58,511 nt of DNA from an uncultured Verrucomicrobiae bacterium (GCA_963788655.1 CAWBHS010000070.1:1-58511), one strand, 5' to 3'. Shown: positions 44,441 through 54,488, counted from the stretch's first letter. Numbers and translations: made by a program. Notes: generated from the sequence alone by a model not told the origin.

Positions 44441-44631
44441 CAACAAACAAAGAGGCGCACACCCGCGCACCTCTTTGGAAGGCACCGACCAAGGCGCCCG
44501 CACACGAAGCGCGCAAGGCGGCGCCCATCTGGGCGTGCCTTGGCGTTTCGCCTCGTGTGCAAACTTCTCCCTTCGCGTGAAGAGAGTTGGTCGGTTTTTC
44601 CAACGAGACTCGTAGCTCGCCAAAAGCTACG
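44441..44631 (-). ncRNA. Candidate structured 5' leader RNA (three-way junction plus terminator-like hairpin)
   Basis: Five helices readable by eye; four contain G-U pairs on the minus strand that would be A-C mismatches on the plus strand; ends about 65 nt before the LamG start. Confidence 0.55.
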
Positions 44632-45055
44632 CAAATGATCAAATTCCAAAGAACTATTACCTCACAGACCGCTTTCTATGGGGAAGCAGTTGCTTGGAAG
44701 GATTCCTGAAATGACTGACGCTAGAAATCAAGAACTATTTTTGAATATTATTGGTGGCCTTGCTGCATGGGCTGCTCGGATGTCGTAAGCAGCGTGTCGG
44801 GACTGGGCTCAGAAACCGAAGCCCGAAATCCCAACCAAAACCAGATCTGCTCCGTAGAAACCCGAAACGGGCACTGCTTTTAGAAATCCAACTTCAGACT
44901 TGGTACCGAATTCCAGCCTTCGGTCAGCCGATTTTTGAACCAGCTTATCCCGGCGTTACTTTTCGGTAACGTTCCCGGCGAGGGAAGCGTCTGTTAAAAA
45001 GGTGCCGAATTGGCGCCGGAATTCACAAGCAACAACCAAAACCAAAACGCTACCA

Positions 45056-45758
45056 ATGAAAGAAAAAACACTATTCTGCATGGCCGCCTTACTGGTTGGC
45101 TCGATGGCCGTCTATGCCGGCCCCAAAGAAGACGTTTCCCAAGCCGCGAAGAAACTTGCCAAAGCCGGCACTTACACCTGGAAAACCACGACGGAAGGCG
45201 GTTTCCGCACCGCCGCGCCGACCGTTGGCAAAATGGGGAAAGACGGGATGGCGGTTATTTCAATGCCCCGTCGCGACACCACCATGGAGATCGTGATCCA
45301 AGGTGAAAAGGCGGCCGTCCAAACTCAGGATGGCTGGCAGTCGTTGAGTGATCTGGAAAACAACACCGAGCAAGGGAATCGCGGCCGCTTTCTGGCCATG
45401 ATGGTCCGACGGTTCAAACCGCCGGCAGCCGAAGTCGAGGCTCTGCTCAAACAAGCCGGGGACCTGACGATGGCCAACGAGAACCTGTTCCGGCAAGCTC
45501 ACCGCAAGCGGCGTCAAGGAGATGCTGACCTTCCGCCCTCGCGGGGGCGGCAGCGGTCCCGAAGTAAGCAACCCCAACGGCTCCGTGAAATTCTGGGTGA
45601 ACAACGGCCGGCTGACAAAGTATCAATACCAAATCAAAGGCACCATGTCCTTCAATGGCAACGAACGGGAAATTGACCGCACGACCACAGTCGAAATCAG
45701 CGACGTAGGCTCGACCAAAGTCGCAGTGCCCGAAGCAGCCAAGAAAAAGCTGAGTTAA
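45056..45758 (+). CDS. Exported hypothetical protein (frameshift near 45490)
   Basis: Signal peptide, YTWKTT...; C-terminus GSVKFWV...DRTTTVEISDVGSTKV.VPEAAKKKLS is in a second frame. Confidence 0.75.
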
Positions 45759-45914
45759 GTCGCACTACCAATCTGCCTGCCAGCCGTGAACTGCCCCACA
45801 GTCACGGCTGGTTGCTTTTCGCCCCGAGACAAATCACTCGCGTTGGCCGCACAAACCGGTACATTCACCACGAATGGTATCCGTCAGTTCAAACTCAGGT
45901 TTATTGCAAAAAAT

Positions 45915-46457
45915 ATGACTTCAACCCAACTCACGCGCGACTGTCCAGCCGTGCAGATTCCCCAGGGCACGACGGTCACCTTGCCCCGCGGCACAGTCGT
46001 GCATATTTCCCAGACCCTCGGCGGGACCTACACGGTACACGCACAGGGCGCCTTGTTCCGCATTACCGGCCAGGACGCCGATGCGCTGGGTTTGGAAGTC
46101 AAGCCGACAGCAACCCCGGAAGCGGTTGCCGCGGCACCGGAAGATTTGAGCGAGGACCAAGTGCGCGCCGTACTCAAAACCTGCTTCGATCCGGAAATCC
46201 CGCTGAATATCGTGGATCTGGGCTTGGTGTACGATCTGACCATCGAGAAACTCCCGCCCGGTAGCCATCGGGTGAACATGAGGATGACCCTGACCGCGCC
46301 CGGCTGCGGCATGGGCACCGTGATTGCCCAGGACGCGCAGGAAAAACTGGTGCAACTGCCCGGCGTGGCGGAAGCCAACGTCGAGATTGTGTGGGAACCG
46401 CCCTGGCACCAGTCGATGATCAGTCCGGAAGGACGGCGGGTGCTGGGATTGGAATGA
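45915..46457 (+). CDS. sufT: Fe-S cluster assembly protein SufT
   Basis: RDCPAVQIP, QTLGGTYTV, DPEIPLNIVDLGLVY, MTLTAPGCGMG, WEPPW. Confidence 0.92.
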   Translation: MTSTQLTRDCPAVQIPQGTTVTLPRGTVVHISQTLGGTYTVHAQGALFRITGQDADALGLEVKPTATPEAVAAAPEDLSEDQVRAVLKTCFDPEIPLNIVDLGLVYDLTIEKLPPGSHRVNMRMTLTAPGCGMGTVIAQDAQEKLVQLPGVAEANVEIVWEPPWHQSMISPEGRRVLGLE

Positions 46458-46637
46458 GGACAGGATCGCTGGGTAGCCCGAAAGCCGAATTCCAAATTCA
46501 AAAGGTAGGGCCTTTGGGGGAACCGCCGCCCCGCAAACCTTCCTCGATTTGGCGCACTTCGGAATTCGGGCTTCGGGCTTCTTTCGAAACTCGGAATCTG
46601 AATTTCGGATTTTTCGATGGCTCTTTTGCCAAAGAAG

Positions 46638-46666
46638 TTGACAAGCAGGCGGAACCCTTCTAATTT
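46638..46666 (+). promoter_or_regulatory. Sigma70 promoter of tRNA-Ala
   Basis: TTGACA-17bp-TAATTT ending 17 bp before the tRNA. Confidence 0.65.
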
Positions 46667-46683
46667 CGCCCCGCTTTTTGGCT

Positions 46684-46759
46684 GGGGTCGTAGCTCAGTT
46701 GGCAGAGCACTTGAATGGCATTCAAGGGGTCAGGGGTTCGACTCCCCTCGGCTCCACCA
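46684..46759 (+). tRNA. tRNA-Ala (GGC)
   Basis: 76-nt cloverleaf, G3:U70 identity pair, anticodon arm CTTGA-ATGGCAT-TCAAG, GTTCGA T-loop, encoded CCA. Confidence 0.97.
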
Positions 46760-46889
46760 ACCGAAAAGCACAACGTCACTGACCTTCACGCGTCGTTCCG
46801 ATCGTTAGCCAAGCTTTGTTCTTCATTCGTGATTATACCTGTCCCTTCGTGGTTAAATTGGAAGGTCACGAATGTGACGACTCATTCAA

Positions 46890-49800
46890 ATGGCTGTGGT
46901 TGAACTAACCGAAAAATTTCTGGGTCAAATCGCCGGCTGGCAGGCCATGCAAGAAGCGCGCGCCCTGCTCCAAACCGGTCAGGTGCTCAGCTCGAACTGG
47001 ACTCCGCCGGTGCTCAAAGGTTTTGTCCAGACCAGTGCCACGTCCTACCGGGCGGGACTGGTTATCAAGGACGCCGTCAATGTGGACAACTTCTGCACCT
47101 GCCGGTCTTCGCGCGAATGGGGTACCATCTGCGCGCATTCGGTGGCGGTGGGCTTGCACCATTTGAAATCGGTCGCTTCCGCGGTCGCAGCCGTTAAGGA
47201 AAATGGAAAGCAAGACCGCAGCGGGCGACAACCCCCGGCAGCTACCAAGCCCGCGGGCAAACGATTGTTGCGCGCGGAAAATGACGCCGCCGGCGAACCC
47301 TCGGAAATCTTTATCATCCTGCCGCCCAATCTCGAATCGGCTGTGGCTCGCGGCAAAGTCATGGTCTATTTCGAAGGCGCCTGGAGCCGCGGACGAACGC
47401 CACTCAATTCCCTGCCCCAGCACCAGGCGTTCCGGTTCTCCCAACAAGATCTGGCATTGCTGGACCATATCGAACACGTTGCCGAAGGTGACACTCCGGC
47501 GGCGCTGATGCTCGACCCCCAAGGATTCGTAACGCTGCTCAACGTGTTGACGAAACATCCCCGGGTCACCCTGGGCAAAGCCAAAACGGTGACCGTCAAC
47601 GACCAACCTCATGCACCAAAGGTCAAAGCCACGTTGGAAGCCGACGGTTGTATCACGTTGACTTCGGTGGACCGGATGGCAGTGGCGCCCTGCGTCATCG
47701 CGGGCCAATGGATTTTTCATCAGCAAACGCTTCAACCCCTGGGCTCCATGGCCGGCGCGTCCCCGGCCATGGAAGGCGGACGGCGTCGGCTGTCGCGAGC
47801 GCAAGTGCCGTCGTTCTTAATGCAGGACTGGCCACGCCTGGTCGCCAGCGGAGCCCTTGAAGCAAACTTTCGCCCGGAGGATTTCACGCTGGCAACGCAA
47901 GCCCCGCGATTCCTGCTGCACCTCGCGGGAGGACTAGCGCAGTTGCAAGCCCAACTCCAATGCGCCTACGGCCCGCGCATCATGACGATCGGCGTCACGT
48001 CCGAGGCCGAGGCCCTGTGGTTGCCCGATCCGACATCACCGACCACCTACAGTACCCGCGATGTGAACGCAGAACGGGCGGCCATCGCGCGTTTGGTCCG
48101 CAATGGTTTTTCGGCGCCGGATGCCCAGGGCCGCCTGCAGTTGCACGGGCAAAACGCGGTGTTGAATTTCTTCGCCCGCGAGTTTGGCCAGTTGCAACGC
48201 GAGTGGGAAGTCACGCTCGAGGAGCGCCTCGAACGCAGCACCGCCAAAAACCTGGAACGTCTCGAACCCCGGTTCGAAATCAACCCTTCCGGCGTGCAAT
48301 GGTTCGACTTGGGCGTGGTCTTCGAGTCGCCCAGCGGAGAACGATTGTCGCCCGCGGACATTCAGCGCCTGATTCTCTCCGGACAAAGCCACCGCCAGTT
48401 GCGCAACGGCAAGTTTGCCCTCATCGACACCGGCGCGGTTGAGGAGTTGCAAGAGGTTTTGCGGGACTGCTCCCCGCGGCAGCACGAGCAGGGGTATCGC
48501 TTGCGGAACACTCAGGCCGGATTCCTTCAAGCGACTCTGGAAGAACAAGGCTGGCAGGCAATCTCGCCGCCCACCTGGCGTGAACGGGCGCGGCAACAAA
48601 GCGGCGCGGCCGAATTGGAGTGCCCGCCACTGGGCGAACTCGACGATGTGCTGCGTCCGTATCAAAAAGCCGGCGTCGCCTGGTTGCACTTTTTGCGGGC
48701 CAACCATTTCGGCGGCATTTTGGCCGACGAAATGGGCTTGGGGAAAACGCTGCAAGCGTTGGCGTTTGTGCAAAGTGCAATGGGTCGGTCACCGGCGGCT
48801 GAAGCAGGCAACGCGGTTGATTCGTCGCAACGCGGACGCGACACGTTTGGAGTCCTGCCTTCAGGCGGCACAGCGTCCAAACCACCTAAAGGCGGGACTC
48901 CAAACCAGGCTTCCCCAACCGGCTCCGAGCCGACTTCGCCCGCGGAAGGCCAGCGGAAGGGCGGCCCAACCTTGATCGTCTGTCCCACGTCGCTGGTGTT
49001 CAACTGGGTGGCGGAGGCCAAAAAATTCACCCCACACCTGAAGGTGCTGGCCTTACAGGGTTCGAATCGGCAGACGCAATTTGCCGAGATCGCACAGTAC
49101 GATTTGGTGGTGACCAGTTACGCGTTGATCCGCCGCGATGCGGAACATTACCGCGACGTGGAATTTGACACGGTCATTCTCGACGAAGCCCAGCACATCA
49201 AAAACCGGCAGACCCAAAATGCCCAGGCGGTGAAGGCGGTTCGCGCCCGGTATCGGTTGGTGCTCACCGGCACGCCGTTGGAGAATTCCGTGCTCGACCT
49301 GTGGTCAATTTTCGATTTTCTAATGCCCGGCTATCTGGGCACGGCCCGCGACTTTCGTGAGCGTTACGAAGGGCCGATCACCCGCGACAAAAACGAAGCC
49401 GCCCAAAGCCGGCTGGCGCGGCGCCTGCGTCCGTTCATCCTGCGGCGGACCAAACGCGACGTGGCGCCCGATTTGCCCGAGCGCCTCGAACAGGTGGCCT
49501 ACTGCGAATTGACCGACGATCAGCGCGGCGTTTACCAGCAGGTATTCGAAGCCACCCGCCGCGAAGTACTGGCCGCCGTTGGCGATCAGGGCCTCGCGCG
49601 CAGCCGGATGATTGTGCTGAACGCGCTGTTGCGGCTGCGCCAGGTGTGCTGCGACCTGCGGTTGCTCAAGTTGGACCAAGTCAATCCCGCCACCGCTTCC
49701 GGCAAATTGGAGCTGTTCAGCGAGTTGCTCGAGGAAGTGCTCGATGGCGGGCATCGGGTGCTGGTGTTCAGCCAGTTTGTCAGCATGCTGACGTTGCTGC

Positions 49801-50204
49801 GCGAGAAACTGACGGCCGAACAAATCGAGTTTTGCTATCTGGACGGTTCGACCAAAGACCGCGGCGCCGTGGTGGAACGCTTTCAGCGTCAAGCGAGTAT
49901 TCCGGTGTTCCTGATCAGTTTGAAAGCCGGTGGATTGGGACTTAATCTGACCGGCGCCGACACGGTGATTCATTTCGATCCGTGGTGGAATCCCGCGGTG
50001 GAAGCCCAAGCCACCGACCGCGCTCATCGCATTGGCCAAACGCGCGTCGTCACCAGCTACAAGCTCATCACTCGCGATACGGTCGAAGAAAAGATCCTGC
50101 GCTTGCAAGCCCGCAAACGGGAAGTCATCCACGCTACGCTAGGAGGTGAAAAACAATTGGCCGAAGCCCTGACGTGGAAAGAGATTCAGGAGTTGCTGGC
50201 TTGA
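46890..50204 (+). CDS. SWIM zinc finger / SNF2-family helicase
   Basis: CTC...CAH SWIM motif, LRPYQ, LADEMGLGKT, DEAQHIKN, LTGTPLEN, FSQF, QATDRAHRIGQ. Confidence 0.95.
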   Translation: MAVVELTEKFLGQIAGWQAMQEARALLQTGQVLSSNWTPPVLKGFVQTSATSYRAGLVIKDAVNVDNFCTCRSSREWGTICAHSVAVGLHHLKSVASAVAAVKENGKQDRSGRQPPAATKPAGKRLLRAENDAAGEPSEIFIILPPNLESAVARGKVMVYFEGAWSRGRTPLNSLPQHQAFRFSQQDLALLDHIEHVAEGDTPAALMLDPQGFVTLLNVLTKHPRVTLGKAKTVTVNDQPHAPKVKATLEADGCITLTSVDRMAVAPCVIAGQWIFHQQTLQPLGSMAGASPAMEGGRRRLSRAQVPSFLMQDWPRLVASGALEANFRPEDFTLATQAPRFLLHLAGGLAQLQAQLQCAYGPRIMTIGVTSEAEALWLPDPTSPTTYSTRDVNAERAAIARLVRNGFSAPDAQGRLQLHGQNAVLNFFAREFGQLQREWEVTLEERLERSTAKNLERLEPRFEINPSGVQWFDLGVVFESPSGERLSPADIQRLILSGQSHRQLRNGKFALIDTGAVEELQEVLRDCSPRQHEQGYRLRNTQAGFLQATLEEQGWQAISPPTWRERARQQSGAAELECPPLGELDDVLRPYQKAGVAWLHFLRANHFGGILADEMGLGKTLQALAFVQSAMGRSPAAEAGNAVDSSQRGRDTFGVLPSGGTASKPPKGGTPNQASPTGSEPTSPAEGQRKGGPTLIVCPTSLVFNWVAEAKKFTPHLKVLALQGSNRQTQFAEIAQYDLVVTSYALIRRDAEHYRDVEFDTVILDEAQHIKNRQTQNAQAVKAVRARYRLVLTGTPLENSVLDLWSIFDFLMPGYLGTARDFRERYEGPITRDKNEAAQSRLARRLRPFILRRTKRDVAPDLPERLEQVAYCELTDDQRGVYQQVFEATRREVLAAVGDQGLARSRMIVLNALLRLRQVCCDLRLLKLDQVNPATASGKLELFSELLEEVLDGGHRVLVFSQFVSMLTLLREKLTAEQIEFCYLDGSTKDRGAVVERFQRQASIPVFLISLKAGGLGLNLTGADTVIHFDPWWNPAVEAQATDRAHRIGQTRVVTSYKLITRDTVEEKILRLQARKREVIHATLGGEKQLAEALTWKEIQELLA
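48845..48905. repeat. REP-like palindrome embedded in-frame in the SNF2 gene
   Basis: GTTTGGAGTCCTGCCTTCAGGCGG ... CCACCTAAAGGCGGGACTCCAAAC; matches intergenic 13676-13728. Confidence 0.85.
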
Positions 50205-50210
50205 AGGGAG

Positions 50211-50452
50211 GATGCCAGATGCTGGATACCAGATGCGATACCATCTGGATACCAGATACCAGATGCTGGATACCAGATGCGATGCGATGTACCAGATGCT
50301 GGATGCCAGATGCTGGATGCCAGATGCTGGATACGCGGATGCCAGATGCCGGATGCCAGGATGCCAGATGCCGGATGCCAGATGCCACGGATGCCGGATG
50401 CCAGATGCCGGATGCCGAGATGCTGGATACCGGATGCTGGATACCGGATGCC
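50211..50452. repeat. Heptamer tandem array, consensus GATRCYR, roughly 30+ units
   Basis: GATGCCA/GATGCTG/GATACCA/GATGCCG units immediately after the SNF2 stop. Confidence 0.95.
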
Positions 50453-50590
50453 GACGGGCAGGTCAGCGGGTCTTTTCAGAACCTGGCTCGAAGGTTCAGG
50501 ATTATTCGTTATCGAACGGTTAGCGCGACCGATGCGAACGCGGGCACCAATGGTCGTGGCCCATTGGGAGTGCATCCAACACTTGCTCCT

Positions 50591-50677
50591 GGCGCGCGGC
50601 CTTTAGGCCACTTCCGGCACAAAGCTAATCAGCGCGATGTTGGATAGAACGGTGAAGCGACGTAAACGCCGCGCTCC
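50591..50677. repeat. REP-like palindrome (GGAGCGCGGCGTTTACG family)
   Basis: GGCGCGCGGCCTTTAGGCCACTTC ... GAAGCGACGTAAACGCCGCGCTCC. Confidence 0.6.
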
Positions 50678-50709
50678 TGGCGCTTTCTGCCGAAAGTGTC
50701 GCTGTAGTG

Positions 50710-51588
50710 TTAGAGAAGCAGTTCGGGGGAAGTAACCGCTGAATTCCCGGAGGTAAAGGGGAACTCCGGAGCGGGACTGATTTCCAACGGCACGTTGGGC
50801 CGCCACCGCAACGGCAGGGTTTCACACGGCACGTGTTGCGCCGAAGTTTGCACGCATACATGCGCCGCACCGATCTTGCCGAGTGCCTGGCTCACGACTC
50901 TATGCGCCAATTCCGGACGGTTGCAATCGCTGCTGAGATGCACCAGGAACAGGTGCCGGAGTGCTTCGGTCACAATTTGTTCGGCCACGTGCGCCGCCGC
51001 GTCGTTCGAGAGATGACCGTGCCGGCTGAGAATGCGCTGCTTGGTGCCCCAGGGACGCCGCGTGTCTTCCTGGAGCAATTTCACGTCGTGATTCGCCTCC
51101 AGCACGAGCACGTTTGCCTTGCGGGTACGCTCGATCACCAGTTTGGTGGCATGACCGAGGTCAGTGAGAAAACCAATGTTGCCCGCCAATGTGCCCAGCA
51201 TGAATCCAACGGGATCATACGCGTCATGCGGCACGGAAAAGGTTTCCACGTGAACATCACCGACTTCGAACTCCCCACCCGTGCTGAACAATCGAAAGTC
51301 AAACGGTTTCCGGAACTGCGCTTCGATGGCTTCCTTGGTCAACCGGTTGCAATAGACGGGAATGTTCAACTTGGAAGCCAGCACACCCAACGCCTGGGTG
51401 TGATCCGTGTGCTCGTGAGTGATCAAGATGCCGGTCAGATTTTCCGGCGTGCGTCCGATGCCCAGCAGCCGTTGGCGGATTTGCCGGCCGCTGAGCCCCG
51501 CATCAATGAGCAAGCGACAGTCCGGCGTTTCCAGATAGGCGCTATTGCCGCTGGAACCACTGCCTAAAACCGTAAGTCGAACAGACAC
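50710..51588 (-). CDS. MBL-fold metallo-hydrolase (YycJ/WalJ-like)
   Basis: LGSGSSGN, THEHTDH, VPHDA, LEANHD, GHLSN, HLS..CN. Confidence 0.92.
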   Translation of the reverse strand: MSVRLTVLGSGSSGNSAYLETPDCRLLIDAGLSGRQIRQRLLGIGRTPENLTGILITHEHTDHTQALGVLASKLNIPVYCNRLTKEAIEAQFRKPFDFRLFSTGGEFEVGDVHVETFSVPHDAYDPVGFMLGTLAGNIGFLTDLGHATKLVIERTRKANVLVLEANHDVKLLQEDTRRPWGTKQRILSRHGHLSNDAAAHVAEQIVTEALRHLFLVHLSSDCNRPELAHRVVSQALGKIGAAHVCVQTSAQHVPCETLPLRWRPNVPLEISPAPEFPFTSGNSAVTSPELLL

Positions 51589-51791
51589 GGTTCGCAGGGT
51601 AAGAAAGAGTTGCCCGGCAGGCAAAGCTATTTCACGAAGACAATCGTGCCGAACCGGTCCGCCACCGAAATCAGAAATCCGAGATCCGAAAAAGGCCCAA
51701 TCCAAGAAAGTTTGGACCGGCACTGGGGCGAAACGAGAGGTCCTTTCAGGAATCGAGCTTCGAATTTTAGCGCGCCCCCCCATTCAGCGCT

Positions 51792-53102
51792 TCAACTTCC
51801 CATGAGGTGCAAGGCCAGCATTCCCAAACTCAAGAAGAACGCGAAGCCGGCAACGTCGGTAACGGTTGTGACAAAAATACTGGAGGCGAGCGCCGGATCG
51901 ACGCGCAGGGTTTTCAAGCCAAACGGAATGACCACGCCGGCCAATGCGGCTGACAAGGCATTGAGCAGCATGGCCAGGGTCGCCACAATCCCCAGGGCCA
52001 GGCTGCCTTTCCACAAGTAACCGACCACTCCCACGACCAAGCCGACGGCCAGCCCGTTGACCAGCGCCAACATCAATTCCTTGAACAAGGCTTTCCAACC
52101 GTCGCCGGCCGACAGTTCGCCCAGCGCCATGTCGCGGATGATGACGGTCAGCGTTTGCATGCCGGCGTTGCCACCCTGGCCGGCAATGATCGGCAGAAAA
52201 ACCGCCAGCGCAGTCCATTTGGCAATGGTGCTTTCGAAGGCGTTGACCACCGCCGCGGCGAGGAAGGCGGTAGCCAAATTGATGAAAAGCCAGGGGAGCC
52301 GTTTGCGCACGGACTTGTTCCAGGGAGTCAACGCGCGTTCTTCGCCGGACAAACCCACCATCAATTGCATGTCTTCGGTAGCCTCTGCCTGGGCGATTTC
52401 CAGCGCGTCGCTGGATTTGACGATGCCCACCAAATGGCCCGCGTGGTCCAAGACGGGCAGGGCCAGGTAATGGTAATGATCGAGTTGTCGGGCGATTTCC
52501 TCCTGATCCGCTTCGGCCGCGAGAAAGCGCACTTCCCGGTTCATGATTTCCCCAATACGCCGATCGGACTGGCGAAAGACCAGGTCGCGCAACGGCACGA
52601 TGCCCACCAGCCGTTGAGCTTCGTCCGTCACGTAGAGGTAGGCGACTTCATCAGCGCGTGGCTCGGGTCGGGACCGCAGCACGGTCAGGCATTCCTGGAC
52701 GGTTTGTTCGGGGCGCAGCGTCAGGAAGCGGTCGGTCATGATGCCGCCCGCGGTGTCCGGTGGATAGCGCAGCAGCGCGTTCACATGCCGGGCTTTTTCT
52801 TCGGGCAACTGCGTCAGGACCGCACGCCGTTTGGCCGGTGACAGTGCCGCAGCTAGGTCGGCAATCGCGTTGGGCGCCAATTCGGCGAACAAATCCACCA
52901 GTTGCTCGACGGGACAAACCTTCAACAAGTCGATGGCCTGGTCCTTTTCCATCTCGTCCAGCGCAGCGGCAGCCTGGGGGCGCGGGAGTTGTTGGAGGAC
53001 GCTTTGCGCCTCGGCCCGTGGCAGTCGTTGAAGTTGGTCGGCCAGGTCGGCCGGATGCATCTGGCGATATTCGTTCAGGAATACCGGGCTGGTTTCAGGC
53101 AT
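51792..53102 (-). CDS. mgtE: Magnesium transporter MgtE
   Basis: MgtE N domain, TAGGIMT + CBS pair, RLPWL, GGNAGMQ, DPALAS, TTVTDV. Confidence 0.95.
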   Translation of the reverse strand: MPETSPVFLNEYRQMHPADLADQLQRLPRAEAQSVLQQLPRPQAAAALDEMEKDQAIDLLKVCPVEQLVDLFAELAPNAIADLAAALSPAKRRAVLTQLPEEKARHVNALLRYPPDTAGGIMTDRFLTLRPEQTVQECLTVLRSRPEPRADEVAYLYVTDEAQRLVGIVPLRDLVFRQSDRRIGEIMNREVRFLAAEADQEEIARQLDHYHYLALPVLDHAGHLVGIVKSSDALEIAQAEATEDMQLMVGLSGEERALTPWNKSVRKRLPWLFINLATAFLAAAVVNAFESTIAKWTALAVFLPIIAGQGGNAGMQTLTVIIRDMALGELSAGDGWKALFKELMLALVNGLAVGLVVGVVGYLWKGSLALGIVATLAMLLNALSAALAGVVIPFGLKTLRVDPALASSIFVTTVTDVAGFAFFLSLGMLALHLMGS

Positions 53103-53336
53103 GGCGAACCTCCAGAAAGAGTGCGCCCACACGTGACGTACCACATATCAAAAAGACGCCCGCGTGCGCAGGTTTGGTTGGTTGTCGAGGCGCAATTTGC
53201 ATAAAACAAAACACCATAGATGCCGGCTTGTGAGGGCGCAACGGCGGGATTATGGTGGGCGCGTGCTAATGAAAAAGGAAATTGTTCAGCACGCTGGCCT
53301 CTGGCAGAACCGGGCTGGCGAGCAAATGGGAATCCC

Positions 53337-54413
53337 ATGAGAATCGCGGTCATCTGGATTCTGGTGATCCTCGCCGTCGCAGCTTTACGCGAAACCCGGG
53401 CGTTCACCATGCCCTTGGGAGTGGGTTTGTTTCTGGCGGCGCTGGCTTGGCCGCTCCAGAAACAATTGGAACGTAAATTGCCACCCAGCGCCAGTCTATC
53501 GATCACGCTGTTGGTATTCTGGGTGTTGCTCGCTTTGTTTGGGGCCGCGCTGGTGCTCTGTGCCAATGCGATTGCGGATGGAGCCGCGGACTATGAAGCA
53601 CCGTTCATCGAACTGATTGGGCACGTCAAAAATTGGCTGACGGTGAAGGGCGTTCCGGCCGAGTTCCTCCAGGTGGACCCCACCAAAACCATGGAACGCG
53701 CCATCCAGTTGGTCGCCAGTTTTGCGCTGGGCATGTACGACGTGTTGGGCTTGCTGGTGCTAATTGCGGTCTATTTCTTTTTGGCCTTGCTGGAGGTACA
53801 CACCTTTACCGCCAAGCTGGAATTGGGGCGGCGAATTCCACACGGACACGAGTTCCTGGCGGCAGCGGGCGAGGTGGCCACGAGCATTCAACAGTTCATG
53901 ATGGCTCGCACGCTGATCAGCTTGGGGGTGGGCGTGCTCACGATGTTGTTCACCTGGATCATTGGGCTGGACTTCGTGGTCGTTTGGGGAGTGACCGCTT
54001 TTTTGTTGAATTACATTCCGGTGTTCGGAGCGATTGTCGCGGTGACCCTGCCCACGTTGCTGGCGTTGATCCAACCGGAAGCGGCCTGGCTGGCGCCGTC
54101 CACGTGTGGCGGGCTGCTGGCGATCCACGTGTTGCTCGGTAATTACCTCGACCCCTGGATTCAGGGACGGTATCTGTCCTTGTCCCCGCTGATCCTGTTC
54201 TTTTCCGTGACGTTCTGGGGCTGGGTGTGGGGCATACCCGGCGTGCTCATCAGTGTGCCGCTGACCGCCACGGTCATCATCGTATGCAAACGGTTCAAAC
54301 GGACCAAATGGATTGCGTTTCTTTTGTCCAAGGGCAGAGAGCCCGTGCCCAGCCTCAATCACGTGCCCGCGCCCGCATCACCCCCGGAACGCTCGCAGCA
54401 TCGGGCGTCTTGA
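53337..54413 (+). CDS. AI-2E family transporter
   Basis: FLLNYIPVFG, GNYLDP, FWGWVWGIPG..ISVPLT. Confidence 0.92.
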   Translation: MRIAVIWILVILAVAALRETRAFTMPLGVGLFLAALAWPLQKQLERKLPPSASLSITLLVFWVLLALFGAALVLCANAIADGAADYEAPFIELIGHVKNWLTVKGVPAEFLQVDPTKTMERAIQLVASFALGMYDVLGLLVLIAVYFFLALLEVHTFTAKLELGRRIPHGHEFLAAAGEVATSIQQFMMARTLISLGVGVLTMLFTWIIGLDFVVVWGVTAFLLNYIPVFGAIVAVTLPTLLALIQPEAAWLAPSTCGGLLAIHVLLGNYLDPWIQGRYLSLSPLILFFSVTFWGWVWGIPGVLISVPLTATVIIVCKRFKRTKWIAFLLSKGREPVPSLNHVPAPASPPERSQHRAS

Positions 54414-54488
54414 ATCAAAAGGCGGTTGACTAGCGGCAAAGATACCAGCGCGGCAAAGCCGTGATCAAAGTTGAATGGTTGAAGCGGT

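Noticed and set aside
46684..46890. tRNA-Ala as an integration site for an island
   Set aside because: No integrase and no duplicated tRNA 3' end seen in the window.
46617..46903. Short ORFs overlapping the tRNA
   Set aside because: Explained by the tRNA gene and its promoter.
50211..50452. Possible CRISPR array
   Set aside because: Contiguous 7-nt units without unique spacers; no cas genes in the window.
50134..50647. ORFs with MPDAGC / HLASGI repeats
   Set aside because: Translations of the heptamer DNA array; no evidence of coding.
53103..53336. Mg2+ (M-box) riboswitch before mgtE
   Set aside because: No recognisable conserved structure in the short divergent intergenic region.
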